The notes beneath the pieces were generated by a model that saw only the letters and a program-made list of their open reading frames with translations, did not search any database and was not told where the DNA came from. Made by a program: the position numbers and the translations under genes. From Fimbriosthenelais zetlandica (taxonomy: Eukaryota), in assembly GCA_977030845.1 (NCBI GenBank), contig OZ365112.1:11408001-11472000 (forward strand): a DNA stretch of 64,000 nucleotides. The letters are read 5' to 3'. Shown one piece after another: positions 37,301 through 52,400 of the stretch (positions within the stretch are counted from its first letter, which is position 1; every line of letters begins with the position of its first letter).

Positions 37301-40300
37301 CTTGAACCATTAGTTGATTGAGATATCACATCCAGTTCAATGCAGTATAAATCATCCTACTGGGTTGTGCTGTAGAAAGTATCAACTCAACTATCATTCT
37401 GCTGATCGATGCCTGTCCTTTTTCCCCTATACTCAGTGCCACCTTGAATTAGGAATAGCACTCCAGAATCTGGTAATTTTGATGTGTCAAACTGAATCAA
37501 GTTGGCATAGATTATGGGCAGGTTGCTAGGCACTCCCCTGGAACAAACGTGTGCTAAACGCATCACCATTCAAATCAAGTCAACTGCCGCATCATTATGA
37601 AGCCTGGTTGATTTATTGATTGCTTATCAAGAGGCCCATCAGAAGAAAGATAATCCAGCAAGCCAGCTACAGGGGGCTGAGCGGGCAGGCATTAAAACAT
37701 GCCAGACTTAGCATGTGACCAGCGGTAATGTAACGTTTAGACTGAGACCAGTCATTACTGGGCGTAATGGTGGTGTACTGACATATAGGCGTCCCACGAG
37801 CATATTTCTCTCCCACTTCTCTCTCCCATCCATCAAATGTTAGGGGATAGGACAAAGGCCTTGTACACCCCACCTTCCATATATTCACCCATAACAACAC
37901 CCCCTCCCAACCGTCCACCGACCATACACACCCAATTCTTATCTCCCTCCAGTTCATAATATTCTATCCACTCACCCACGCCCGCATCACCGGGACTTTT
38001 ATGCAGGCTCAGAATGCAGGTAGAATATTCCTGTCTGGCTGCTAAGGCAGATAGGAATATACAGTCTAAGTCTAATGTAACCACATCCAATAAACTACAT
38101 GCAAGCCATCCATAATAATTGAGTGATCCCTTCGTGTGAAATGCAGATTTTGACTGATCTGAATTTTTATTCCGTGTGCATGGAATTATCCCGAATCTCT
38201 AAATCCACTTAGCTGTGTTCCTAATTAGTGTCTTATGGATAAAGTTTTTTCTGATAATTACCTTATAATAACTCTGTGTAGAACAGGAGCCCATGCCTCT
38301 AATCCACCACTGCCACGAAAATAAGTAATATATAAATAAGAGTCAATTTAACGTTATATATTTCCCTGACAATCCTTTAATCCACCTAATGAGGATGTTC
38401 TCTACAGCTCCATCCCCTACCTAGTCTCTCACCTATACTCTCTACCAACTAGAGCTCAGTGATAAGCTCCATAGACCCAATACTGTAAGCGTTCAATGTG
38501 ACATTGTGAACACATCTTGGCATAGATTATACAGTTCCACCCAGCTTGAAGGCTCTAAGCCAGATTAACGCTCTATCAAGGGACCCCTAACTCATCCAGC
38601 CTCACAGAATGATTGTCGAGGAACCCAAAAAGAATCAGTATATATGTTACCGTTGCTATAGTAACCTGTCTGACTGGGAGCTATACTTTAAAGGGGAACA
38701 TTTTGCTCGTGCTGTGAGCTGGCATCCTCAAGGGAATCTCTGCCTTCACTTAGCACGCACGTTACTGCAGGAAAATGTCACGTTCCCCAGTAGCTATTTT
38801 TGATGGTCTTGAATCTTTAAATGCCTTGAAACTGCTTATATTTCTATCAGAGCACGTTCAATGCATAAGACATTGAACAGAAATTCAAATGTCATCCAAA
38901 CAATATCTGGGGTTTAAATCTTTGCCCAAGATACTTGTTTGATGGATGAACTTGGTGTAAAACTAACGAGTAAGTTATGTCGAATTTAAATGTATGAAAA
39001 TCATTTCGATCAGACATGCTACTTTGAGCAAGTTCTGCAGGTGTCAACATACAAATAAAAGCTGATATAAAGGTCCCAGACCCAGATGGTAATTCCCCAA
39101 TCAGGAACGCTCCTCAATGCTTTTTACCCTTACCACCGGAAATGAGGCTGTCTCCAGCCTTGCCATTTAACACCTCCTTATCGGAGAGCTCCAGCTTTTT
39201 TGGATGCCATCCAAGTCTATTTGAAGCAATTGGGACCTCTGCACGTCCTCTTAACCGCCCCTTGGAGCTGCTCAGAGGAGCTCGTGCTAGAGGCGATGAC
39301 CAGTTGCTCTTGACAGTGCTAGAAATAAATGGACCATTTTTACTCGCTTGAGCTAACTGCACTTTTAGCTCAAGCGAAAGCATCCTGTTTATGAGCGAAC
39401 ATCAATATTGGTGGATCCATTCTTAAGCCTGTGTTTTGGTTCACTTCTCTATAATACTTTTTGAAGTTCAGCCTTGGAATGTGAATTATAGAAGATATCG
39501 ATGAACCGGTTGTATTCAAACATAATATTTTGATCCCCCTTGAAGCATTGTTTCCAATGGAAAGAAATGAAAAGAAAACCCATCATCTAGATAATTACTG
39601 ATTAAAGACAAAATCACTTGTCATAAAAGGAAACCCGGCAGGCGTTTCCCATTTCACGTGAAATTTGCCTGGCAGGAACGTGGTTTTAATTTTCTCTCTA
39701 CTTTTTCCCAGTGTTCGACCCAGGCCCATTCTTGTGTTTCACCCATGATCTTCTCTTTCCCTGATGATTACAATTTGTCCTGTCGAAATAGAATACAATG
39801 TATTCTAATGGCGAATTTCATCATGTTGCTTGGGGAACATAAGGTTAAGATATATAATTTGTGATAATCCTAACCTACCTACCATGGGTTTAGTCCATGT
39901 TTTTCCCTTCGGACATGGGCTAAATTTTACCTCATTGCCTTCGGTTCTGTTGAGCAAGACCAGCCTACCATTAAAAGGCCCGAACTCATTTCACAATCAG
40001 ATCTTGAAACACAAATCCCACAAAAAACACATAATTACTGGGCAGGTCCTGCCTCAAGTTACCCCTCCCAGTCCACCGTATTAATGTGAGGTCGATAGAG
40101 AGAGGGTATCATCCACTATCAGGGAGGGATAGTCAGCAGTATATGGAATAGGGAATCGATGCCAGGCAGCTATGGAGCTGGTTAATTCAATCAAGCCCTT
40201 GCTGCTTTTAGCTCATTAGTGTTGGATCCTTGCCTCCTCTTGTAGTTCAATGTAATGATACCTGTCTAGTCATTTGGTACTGTACCGCCCATATAATATC

Positions 40301-41984
40301 AGACTTCAGCCACCGCTGTCTATTTATATTCCCAGCTCTCTTATCTTCAGTATTTCTTGTACTTATTCATTAGTCGTACATTGACTCCGACAAGAAGACG
40401 GCCAAGAGCCAGCTATCTAGCCCTGCTTTGAAAATTACCTTAATCCAATCTGAAAGTAACCTGCTTGCTGCTTCATTCATCAATCATACTTTTGATGCAA
40501 CCAATAAGGTTTAGGGATAATTATCTTCACCATAGGAAATAGTCACTACCTTCTTGAAGTCGTGTCTGTTTTTCTTTAATTAATGACCCCTTCAATGTCA
40601 TCTTTTTATGAAATTACCAGAAGAAATGTTTCACACACTGATGGCATGAATGAAATTTAAAATGGTTGTAATGACCAAAATATATGTGAGTGTGTTTTTC
40701 CTTGGCTTTCTGGTAGCCCTGGGGGTTTTACGGCTGGGAAGATAAATTGAGTGCTACCAGTCCATCAATGCTGGGCGATACCTGTTTCCATCTTAACTAT
40801 GGAGAAATGGCACTCTCAGTGGGGGGAAAGTAATCTGTTTCTCCTCCCAATAGATTTACTCCACTCAGCCACACATATACACTGTCAGCAGGATTGAATT
40901 GTTTCAGGGAAACAGGCCTTCCTTTTAACGTGCTGGATTTCCCTTGCCTCGTCTCACCCTCCTCCCTATTGGGCTGAATAACACTGTTACCAGGGTTACA
41001 AATGAACTATTCCTCTCCCAAGAACTCCTTCTCCTTACATTCCTTCGGTTTTTCTTCAATATCGTCACCGCAAAGTTGTAAACTAAGCGAATCTAGCTGT
41101 GAGCTTGTTAATCGATCACAGGCATAGTGTTGAAACATTGCTTGCCACTGAAATGATGACTTAATGAACATGAAGTGTCACTTTGAAAGTGCTCCCATCT
41201 CCTATAAGTGAATGATTGCGGCCAAAACTGGATCATACATATTTTTATTTTGTATGCATATTAATTCATTTATCTGGCGATATGATTAGGCCAGGAATAT
41301 GAGAGAAATATTAAATGATCTCCATTAAGTGTTGATCATTAATTTCTTGTGGTGGATTAATGTCAAAGCAAACATCCACCCATCTGTTAATAACAAACAC
41401 TGTGAGATGGAGACAGAGGAATCCCCGTATATACACTATAGATATATGACTATAATCTTATATGAAGACATTGTTGTCAAGCCATTATCACATCTCCTAT
41501 ATATGCTCCTATATGCTGGCCATTAAAGCAGTAACTTCTCCCACCACAGACTGCCAATATCCAGCCTACAGGCGATCCCACACCTCTCAGCCATTAATGC
41601 ACATTGTGCAAGGCTGTCTATTAACACTCACACAAGTGACAAGAGGAAATCTTCCAAATGCTAGAAAGTGACTCTATGGCATCCTTGCCTGTCACGCCCT
41701 GATTGGGAACTGTTGGGCAAAGGAAACCCGGATGAAGGATGGCTCTCCCTGTGCTTCTCCAGATGGATTAAAACCACTTTTGACAGATTCCTTGCCGTTT
41801 GTCAGTGGCTGAGATGTTTTGGGTTATCACAGTCGATTCTATCACAGAGGACTTGGGAGTGATTCTCACATTTTTGTTCGGGGATTAGCTAACCAGACTT
41901 TATCAGCATGCACGTAGTTTTGGCTTGGTTGCTGTTAGATGGAGAGCTTTGAGATTAAGGAAAGTGGGATGGAGAGAAAAAGAC

Positions 41985-42160
41985 AGAGGAGAACAACTAT
42001 ACAGAAAGTAACTGATAGACGGACAGACAAGAATGTGAGTGAGAGCCAGTGAAAGAGACAGAGAAAGAAAGAGAAAAGAAAAAGGGAAGTTCAGAAAGGA
42101 CTCAGTAAAAGAGGACAGATCTTGTAAAGGGAATGAAAGAACAGAATAGAGAAACTTGTA
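41985..42160 (+). repeat. GA-rich low-complexity tract (approximate ends)
   Basis: Runs such as gagacagagaaagaaagagaaaagaaaaagggaag. Confidence 0.6.
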
Positions 42161-42614
42161 TCAGAAAGGGCTGGGGAGCGCAATTCTTTGGTCTTGATGT
42201 TAATAAGCCATTTATATTCCTCCGGGAACTATAGCCGCCTTGAATATGGGTACTGCTAATTATACAAGCCCTGGCCGTGTAATGAATTTACAAACCACGC
42301 TCCCGATTTCCATAATCATGCATATCTAATAATGACCCGTCTAAAAAGGATTTTAATGTAATTTATGTCATAATTATATAATTCTAATTGAACATCTACC
42401 ATTAAAATATTTAAATAAGAATGGCTACATTTCAGTATCATCTGCGCCAGCCTTGAGTCTGCAATATCCGCATTTTTTCCATTGTCTTTTAATGTCAGCA
42501 AAATAATTTATGCAGAATATCATAATTAGAACTTGAGACAAAATGTAGAATTTGGATACTTTTAAAGTAAAGTTGATATTTTAAAGTAAATCTTTTGTAA
42601 ATTTCTTCTTGCAG

Positions 42615-42726
42615 TGGGGCGATAGGCGTTGGCTTCTATGGCAATGAAGACGCACACAAGGGGGTCATGCAGTTTGCTTCTGCCACGGAAACAGCAGATG
42701 ATACAATCCATACCATGCAACGTCAG
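42615..42726 (+). CDS. TTYH: Tweety exon 3 (end of TM2)
   Basis: ttgcag|T GGG...CAG|gtaagt. Encodes (C)GAIGVGFYGNEDAHKGVMQFASATETADDTIHTMQRQ, with the G(V/I)GFYGN tweety motif. Confidence 0.94.
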
Positions 42727-43324
42727 GTAAGTTTCAAAATAAATCAAAATAAACTTAAATTAATTTGATAACTTGAGAACTAATTAATAATTTTTAATTT
42801 AACTATATAACTTTAATTTACGATACTCAGTGTTTAGATTTGCAGTCCAGGTATTTCTTTGCTAATGATTCTGTACAATTCATTACAGATTTTTCAAGAT
42901 TCTTATCGTAATTAAAGGCGAACCACAATTGAATAATTCATGAGTTTCTTTTTTCCCTAGGAGCGGAATGATTATCGCCATTGCCCATTTGGAAAAAAGT
43001 CCTTTAAACTTCCCTTTTCTTCATTATGTCCTTTTTAGTCTCAAAGCCCTTAACTTGCTTGCAGAAACTGGATTGTAAAAACTGAAGGTTGACTAGTTAG
43101 CTCTCCGATAAAAGCTGGAGTAGAGATGAGGGAAGTAGTGATGGGTGAAGATGGCCTGTTCTGCTTGGTTATCCCCATGAATTTTTTATGGTTCTTCTTA
43201 AGCTGACGAGGCAGTTTCACATAAAGCCGCCAGTCGCAAATCATCATTTCCCTACACTACTCATATCGCCCAGCGTGTAGGCGGGCCGGGCGGGCAGGCA
43301 GGCCCTCATACATACAGCCAATAC

Positions 43325-43480
43325 TCCTACTCTCCCTCCTCCCATCTCACCCCCTCCCCCTTCCTCCCCCGCCTACTTTCTTTCCCTTCATCCCACTGCT
43401 TTCTCATTCCCTCTCGCCCAGTTTTCCCCGTGACATTCTCTTCTTTATGCTCCTCCCTCCTCTCCCTCTCTCTCCCTATT
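43325..43480 (+). repeat. CT-rich low-complexity tract (approximate ends)
   Basis: Runs such as ctccctcctcccatctcacccctcccccttcctccccc and ctccctctctctccct. Confidence 0.6.
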
Positions 43481-46400
43481 CATTTGGCTGCTGCTGTACA
43501 AGGGCGAAGTTCATTTTAAAAGCACTCTCATTGGACACGCTGTATGATGCTGTCATTAATATTCGTGAGAAATTTCCTGATTTGAGGAAAGACTGAACCA
43601 TCATTACTGTGATGTTCCCTGTAGAATGATAGGGTATGAGTTGCCGAAAGTGTATTTTCATCATTTTTGTATCGTTGAAACATACCTTACCTTTAGTTTA
43701 GTGTTGTATAAACTCTAATAGAAGGCAAACAGTCCAGACATGGCTGATCCATTGAAGGGATTGAGGAGATTTGATAAGGCCAATCCCATTTTACAAGTGA
43801 ATTATACCATTACACTAGCTTCCGCCAAGGCGCAGGGAAAGCACTGAGCCTGGTTACTCGGGAAATTGATGGGATTTCCCCATTACTGAAAACATTCTTT
43901 AAAACATTTTACTTCCTCCGTGAGTGATAAAATGGAGGGATTTTCTCAGTTCTCTTAGAAAAAAGAAGAATCTAATGGTATTGTTGAAAGAGATGATTGG
44001 ATTTCTTTAAAGACAAACACTTTTGTATATGTGTTTTAAGAACATTCACCTTCTCTTCCCTTCCCTTTATAATAATTAGGGGATAATGCCCAGTTGATAT
44101 AAGAACTCACGCTTTATGGGGTTTAGCATTTGAGGCTGATGGCCGAGAAAGCCTAAATCCTGTAAAGCAAAATCATAGATAAGCATTGGTGTATATACAG
44201 TAACTCATTCTCCCTCTCCTCCTAGTATGAGATGGGAAGGTCACAGATGGAGAGATGGACAAAGGGGAAAGGAGAGATTGAAATGTCAAAATATTAAAGG
44301 AGAGAGAGATGAGGGAGAAATGGGAGAAGGGAGGGAGGCCTGGCTGCATAATTCATATCACGTCTAGAGGCAGTGCTAGTCTATTGGCTGGATAGTATGA
44401 AGGTGGGAGTGTTGGTGGACCGAGGCTGGGGACAGACTGCTGATTAGTAGAGATAAGCTGATACCTCACAGCCTGCCCAGTAGTAAAACATGCCCTCTAA
44501 CTCTACTATAACAATAGCCATGCCCAGGTCTCTCTTTTCCTCTTCATTTTAAGGATTTGTTATAGACCTGCCATCCTGTGCCCATCATAGGAGTTCCCAG
44601 TCATCCTGTGAAATCAGAAAGTTTAAACTTTTTCGCTCAGGGAATTCTGTTGTCCCCTATTCGTGTACTTTCACAGCCACAACGGTTCCCCATAATTCTT
44701 AAGGGACTGTGTCAATAAGGAACGATTTCCCAATAATCATCCTGTAATTTCGAAAACTCACCAGGGACAGATCTGTGAATATTTGCTGGTCACCCTTTAA
44801 ATAGCTTGAGAAATCCACTTATTCTGAACATCTTAATCATTTTGGCCCTTCCTCAGTTCCCCTTGGATTTCCAGGCAAGCTGGCATGATGTGAATCACAA
44901 TGTAAGGACCTGTACACGTCTATAGTACTGGATCTATGGTCGATGGCCCGAGGCTGTAATGGAAAGCCGCGCTCACTATACAGCTGTGCTTACATTGCGT
45001 CCACACACACTTACTTTGGTCTATAATTCTCAGCTTATTGTGTGAAAAAAGACTACCCTACCATTGCCTTCTTTGTCCTTAAGAGCTTAGCTTTTATCTT
45101 GCATATGGAAGTCCAAGCTGAAGCAATACAAGATGTATCCTTATTTTAAGTCATCTTCCTCCGCCTCAAAAAAAGCATTGCAAATAATCACGAAGCCAGC
45201 CAGAAATACAAACTTAAAATTCATAATAAACTTTAATTAATTTAATGCTTTAAAAAGATACAGTTTAAAGGGATGGAGGGTATTAATTCTATGTTGATAC
45301 ATTGGAGCAGGCTGGGCCACCTGTTGTTTCAATAGAAAAACACTTGCTTTCATCGCTGCACTACCTGCCATGGTCTTAATGGAATGTCTCCCAGGCAGCA
45401 GTCTATAGGATTTAACCTCCGCCTTGATATTGAATAGCTTCACCATGCCCTCCCTTGTCAACACTCATTTATTTCATCACGCCATGGCACGCGAGCTCTT
45501 ATCGATTGGTCTGGTAATGGAATGAATGCAGTCCATGCTCCTATGCAAGTCATACCTCCATTCTGACCAATATTTAACTCCAGCCTCTATCCCAACATAG
45601 TTTATCCTGCTATACCTTTTCAGAGTCAATACATTCTATTGCATACCAAACATTTCTAATGATCGAAATGTGTCCGATTCATGGCATTTTATGCATTCAA
45701 ACCCATGTGGTATACAGCTTTCTTTGAATTAACAGAAGAATTCCACACGTGTGGTGCCCTGTCAAAATACCACATGCCCTGAATTATGACTCAAGTATCT
45801 CGAGTATGCCCATGGTGATTTATATCCCATAATACTTGCCACTAGCCATACTGTACACAATGAGACAGCTTGGGTAGTCAGGGTCATAGATTGGTCAGTG
45901 TATAAGTATGGGTTATAGGTATGATTATCTATGACAGTTTTCATGACTTCCTCGTCTCGCCCGCTCCTTGCTTCTCCCTTGTTAACACTGCACCATCCTG
46001 GAAGACAAGCAGCGAGGCCACATGTTACCATGGACACCCATGTCTCTCACCTATCCCATACCTTATCATGGTCCCATTTACAGCTGCAATAAAAACAGAC
46101 CATGAATAAACCCACATACATAAAGAAACGCCTACTACATTACCTATTGTTCATCCTACATGTCTTGATTGAATGTCGCAAGGTTTGTCAACCAAAATAA
46201 GTTATGGGTAATATTTTACACCAATGTTAGCCTATTTCACAAGCAAAGATGCGTCAATTTATACACATCTTTGTAAGGATACCTGATGGTTTCATTTCTG
46301 AATGATTCTTAGAAAAATATCAGGTATGTCGAGTGGCTGACCTGTATGTTAATGCCATGTGTTTTGTGCACCAGGAATGGCATTCTGGTGTTCACATAAA

Positions 46401-49400
46401 CATCTGTTTGTTCTTGAACATTCATTCTGTGACCCCTGCCATAAGACTTGGGTTCTTTCTTGTCAGACTTAATGATTAACATTTCTGCATACCATTTATT
46501 CATCAAGACCCAATTTTCCATGTATGTATAAAAAATGGTACACCAATGTGCCTGAATTTTGCTCTTTTCTGGATTAGGCTACCATTTGATATTACCCTTG
46601 CAATGTAACATCCCACACAATTTACCAGGAATGAAAATACCCAGTCCAGCATGAGGTTGGCAAATGAAATGATAAACCAGCTATTAAGCAGTGTCATTGA
46701 GGGCTGGCCGGCAGGTTTGGTTGGGCAGGCAGCCTCCTCGCTGAAGGCAATTATCCTCTGCTTATTTCATTAATCCATGGGGATGTCTCAGTTTGCTGTC
46801 ATGCTGGAAACATCATCCCTCTGTGGATGGGGGGCCTGTCACTTCCCTAACCTTCCTACATTTAGTGTCTTGCCTGCCCATCTCTCATATACTCTGTGCC
46901 AACGAGCTCACAACAACACATCAAAGGCTTCCAGTACAGGGCCTGTAAGGTTAAAATCTGGACACAAGGTGACCCAGAGTATAGCACCCCCATCCTCCTA
47001 TAGGTTTTCTCTCTACTTGATTTATGTCATCTGATGGAATAGGACCTTGAGCTGTTATTAGCGGGTCAGGCTGTCTGCAGTAGCTGTTTTCCACCCATGC
47101 CCTTATACGAGTAGGCACACATACATGCACCACATAGCAAATAGTTATGGCACGCTGCTGATACAAATTTCAACATTCCCCATATATTTGTTATGAAGAA
47201 TTCCCTTGAATGTAACATTAATTTTGGCCAGGAATTTCAAAAGGCTGGACAATTTTTGTTTAGAAAAAGGCCTGTTATTCAGTATAATTACTGAGTTTTT
47301 CCGGCCTAAATAAGACCCAGTCTTTCAGTCTGATCCCCCACCCTCCCCCATGATGGTCAACCCTATCGGAATACCCATCACAATGGTATCACTGACTCTG
47401 TATTTGAGTCTGGTATAGTGATGGGTAATGGCCTAGAGTTGAGGCTCATAGAGTTATTAACTAATTAATCAGTAATCATCACTCAGCTCTCAGTCAGGAT
47501 GCGGGATGGTGGACGTGTCCTGTATGCCTCTCTGGGTCTGCTTATAGAATGGTAGATGGAGGCGTCCAGGATATGGAACCAAAGGGCCTGTTACATAAAA
47601 AAATATTTTAAAATGTTATAAATTTGCATTGAGACATCTGGTGAATTCTGGGCAAGTGAGGCTTACCAGCCGATGTTAAGTATTAATGCACTTTGCTGAA
47701 ACTGGATTTAAAGCATTATGTTCTGTGGAGAGAGTGGTAAAAGGTTATCATTTCCTAACATTTTTTTAGACGAGCCCCAGATTTTGGCCCCGAGACTGGG
47801 ACGCTCGCCTATATCGCCATAGAAAAGTGAACGAGCGTCCGTGTCACTATGATAGGTCTGCACCGGAAATTGGCTCTTGAGTAATGTATGCACCAGACTT
47901 TTCCAAACAAGCAAAGTTCCATCAGTGGCTGCACTAACCAGCAGCATGCCTATATCATAAGGGCTGTGTACAGTAGAAGCGACTGTAGAAGCTGAATATT
48001 AATATCCCACAACCAAAGCCTAACGTGCAAAGTGACTGGGACAGCTCGGTCAAATAATGCTGAACATCAGTCAAATGCTCCGTCAAAAGCAAGAACTGTG
48101 GTTTTTCCCTCAAATTTGTTCATTAAAATGTACCACTCAACGCCTTCAGGCTTATTTAGCTTCACCGTCTCTATTGAAGATTTTTATGGATGGACCTCGT
48201 AATGATCCTTTGCTTTAATATCTTCCTTGAAAAAGTGTCCTATTGGACACTGCAGGATGGTTTTTCATCCAATGCAAGCAAAAGTAGCCGCCTTTAATCT
48301 TGTTCTTCTATGAGATCTTGTTCCCCGTGGAGGAAATCATTATTTCTTCATCACAAGACTGAAGCAGGTGGATCTCTAAGCTTGCACGCGAGGGCCGAGG
48401 ATGTACCAATACGCCTGGTACCCACCGACAACATTTACCAACTGATCTCACAATCGTCTGTTCAAAAATCCCATGAAAATCGGGTCAATATCATTCATTT
48501 CTTCACTTGGTTGTATACTATTGGCCATAGACCATTGCCATTGCATATTTTCCCGTTTTGGGATAAGGCCCACAAATGGTGGTCGAAAGTGTTTGGTGGA
48601 TACAAGCCTGAAGTATACAACTCCATACAGATGCTCCTTACCCTCAACTTTCCTCCACCCTTGCTGCACACACGCACACTGCCAAACACTGAACTGGGTG
48701 CAAATGTGATTAAGCTCGCCCGGCTTGGCTGACCTTAGAGAGTTAGGCCCTGGCCAAGGGTCATGGTAGCAAGGAAAGAGGGAAGGAGGTATGGGAAGAA
48801 ATCCCTTATAGATGAGACGGCCAGAACCGATCGAAGCATATTGATATTGCCCACTGCAAACATTAACAGAGGGGCTGAATGCTTGGCTTTTCTCACTCAA
48901 TGGACTCAGATGGGAATAGCTTTAATCTGAAACGATTGATTCTATCCTTGATATAAGCTACCCTTTCTCCCAACCAATCCCTGCCCATTGCTGTTGCCAT
49001 TGGTGTAAGCCTACAGCATAAATCCTCAATTGAAATCCATAAAATATACTCCTATTCCTTGGCAATGCATTTCACATATTATACATACTTGTATAAAACC
49101 GGTCCGTTTGCAGGGTTTTCATATTTAATTTAAATTTCAAACGAGAACAAATCTAGAGACGAAAAGAAATCGTTGGTTTAGAGCTAGTATAAATTTACAT
49201 AGATGTTTCAATTCATTTGAATTGACAATTTCTGTGTCAGACGTGAGCATTCTTTCAGTCCAGGTTATTGACACCATTCTTATGCAATCCACAAGATCCA
49301 TATTTACATCCCTGTCCATGGACCCTCTACCAGCTTGCCACTCGTGCCTTGGCATATTATTTCCAGGCCAGCTTCTTGCCATACCTCTATTTGCTCTCCC

Positions 49401-52400
49401 GTATATTGACAAATGCGGTTAGGGCCTTGCATCTTTGCATCCTATCTTTGGAGTTGTATGTATATGAGTATGACCATATCAAGTCAAGACCCTATATTTG
49501 TTGGCTTTAAGAAAATATCAAACAAACAATAAGTTTCTAGGGGTGTCCTCGAGTGCTTCCCTCATCTCTGAGATTTTAGAGAGCTAACTTCATCAATCTA
49601 GAATCTGCTGGAGTCCCAAACCCTCCCATTGATTTGCCACTAACATTCTTTCATTTACATTTCAGAACAAGTTGCACACATCCGACAGTTGAATATTTCA
49701 TTTCATTATAGTTTTACCATTACAGTTCAGTTGAAAGGGAATGTTTCCTCTTTTACTTAATCATTCCATTCGTTCCGCCTTTCTCAATGTTTATTTTCCA
49801 TTAATATAATTTCTAAGAATCATTTTAATTATAATCTTTCCTGCACAATTTTAATCAATGAGTAGAAGAGCGAGATATCTTGTATGAAGCTTAAATACAT
49901 TCACTGTTCACACTTAGAAAGAAAAGATATAGCAGCTATTGTTATCACAGATGGCAGTACAGCAATGTCAGCACTTTGCGCTCTAGCCAATGTGACACTC
50001 TTGTCTTTTGTTCGCTTCGAACTTTCTCCATTTTTGTTAACGCTGATCTTGGCAGTGTTGCTGGGTAGTTCTGATCACAATCGAAGCTTATGTATGATTT
50101 GCTTGTGGCCCTCACAGCTCCCGAGGCATAATGGCCGAACTAAGGTAGGCAGTCGTCTGTGTATGGTGTGGTGGTGACGTCACAGACACTGGTTCTGACG
50201 TCAGTAGCGGCATGCTTGTTGCGTTTACATTGGCTTCTTCATTTACTTTTTGCTGGTTTGTCTCCAATAGCCTCAGCAATGGAGACAGCACGTGCTTTGG
50301 AAGAGCTATGACCATTGTCATAAATAGCTACGACACATTAGGAATTTTTGTTTTTACAGTAGAACATATTAATTTTCATTGAGATAGATTATCTTGAAAT
50401 AGAAGATAGATTGATTGGTTTGAAATAGGCCTAGGCATGAATGTGTGGTCACTTTTTCAACTTTGATTGATATTAGGATTTTTGTCACAATTATTTTCAT
50501 TCTGTAGCTTTAGTTGCCTGAATTGTATATATAGGACAGAAGCAATTGTTTGCCATCAAATCATCATGACAAATGTCTGCACAAGATGAGCTCGAAGGGA
50601 AAATATAAGCTCAGAAGACATAGTTTCTTTTATTTTGTGTCCATTGCCTGTACTCTAGACTGGAGTGAATGTTGTTCCTATCATATTGATCTAAAGGTCC
50701 GCGCTGGGTCGTGGTTGAGGTCAGAGAGGAGGGAGGAATGCCCAGCCTAGATGATGTATTACTGTGTCTTGTGTTTCCTGACTGACGTCTCTCTACTCGC
50801 TCCATCCTTGACTTGTGCAGGAAACACAAGAAAAAGTGTGTGTGGTAGACATTCATTGTGATGGAGTCTGGAATTTTCCATACTAATTGGATTGTGATGG
50901 TATTGCTATGCAGGATTCATGTGTTCATAAAGTGATGCTGAGTTAATAGATCATTGTCCTTATTGTCATATTCAGGTTCTGCATGATTGTATGTATATGT
51001 ATAGAGGCAGAAATGTGATTCAACCATTTCAAATATTTGCTAATATTGAACCAGATTATTTCAATTTATATTGAAAAGTTGTTCTGTTCCAGGATGTTCA
51101 GTTACCATGGGGGTAACGTGTAACTTTTCTTTTAATGATCTAATGGATTTTTTTTACTCACACGATGACTTTTTAGCTTCATCTAATTTGAGTATTTGAC
51201 CGAACTTTTCTCAAATAACTTTCCAACTGGTCAGTTCCTTTATGGAAAGGAAAACTAAACCGGGAAGAGGTATATCCTCCAGCCCTTCTGTCCATTACCA
51301 TAGATGAAAGGGGAGATGCCTGCCCCACCTCTCTCCTCTTCTTACCTTTTAAAAGACATAAAGAAAGTCCTCCTTTTATAAACCTGATTATTTTCAAGAT
51401 GGATGATGATTGAAGGAGCAGAGCGGAGCCAGTTTTTCTTTTTAAGAACAAAGCCTTCTTTTTGTGTCTGAATACTGGAATTGCATTTTGGTTCCTGCTA
51501 TTTCATATCTTCATTTCTTCCTTCTTGAAATTCTTTCCTTAAAGTTGTGTGGTCCCTTCATTGTTTGAAACACAAAGGAAATTTTTTAATTCAATTACTG
51601 CAATTGTTTTGCATTCGTTTCTTGCAATGGTGTTTCTTTGAAACAATCCCTTCACACAATAAAGGCATGAAAAACATGGGAGTCGTCCCTGTAAAAGATG
51701 ATGAAGCATTATAGGAGCCTGTTTAATATCAGGCCTGGTCGTTCATTACCTATAATGTTTCCTTTATCACAATATTATGCTTAAAAACCCAATAAAGAAC
51801 AAGCCCTTCAGGACACCAGTATATATGTCTCCATTTTGATTGCTCTGGGAAGCGCGTCTAGAAAATGGTCCTGTAGGCCTGTATATTACCACAGAACAAT
51901 TTCTGTGTACAACCGGTGCCTGGCTACTCCAGGCTGATATGATACACACAGTCATTTATTTCTTAATCAATGTGTGCTACTGTATTTACTGCAGGAAAAG
52001 CCTTGGTTGGGTCAAGCCTCGCCAAGCAGCATTTTCTCGGATATTTGCAATGCTATTGCTATACTGGCCATTAATACAAGATTAATCATCTATATGCACG
52101 GTTGAATCAGCTCCGAGATTCTACGCTATTGAGAAATAAAGCTAGGGATTTAATTTCGGATGATTTATTGCCAATAAATTACCAGAGCCATGTCTTCTGG
52201 AGAAGCTTGTGAGGCATGCCTTTTCTGCTTGCCACCAATGAGGGCAATCTGGCATGGATTCAAATCTTTAATAAGCTTCAAGGGGGGACCTGTTTACATT
52301 GAAGGAAAGGTCCACCTCTGCCTTGTGAAAATTAGCCACCTTATACGTGCTAAAGGGCCTTCCTGAGTGTGGATTTTGAGGACATGCACACACTCGGTTA

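Larger units (their letters stand above)
17665..42726 (+). other. TTYH: Gene model (3'-partial): tweety-family membrane protein, exons 1-3
   Basis: Exons 17665-17787, 34173-34333 and 42615-42726 join in frame (phases 0 and 2) and give the tweety N-terminus, TM1 and TM2. Exon 4 was not found before the end of the window. Confidence 0.92.

Noticed and set aside
39114-39383. Overlapping 89-aa and 69-aa ORFs
   Set aside because: No family resemblance or convincing splice sites. The local GC rise explains the ORF length.
48310-48900. Overlapping 140-aa (+) and 150-aa (-) ORFs
   Set aside because: No recognisable motif. ORFs on both strands with no splice context suggest chance.
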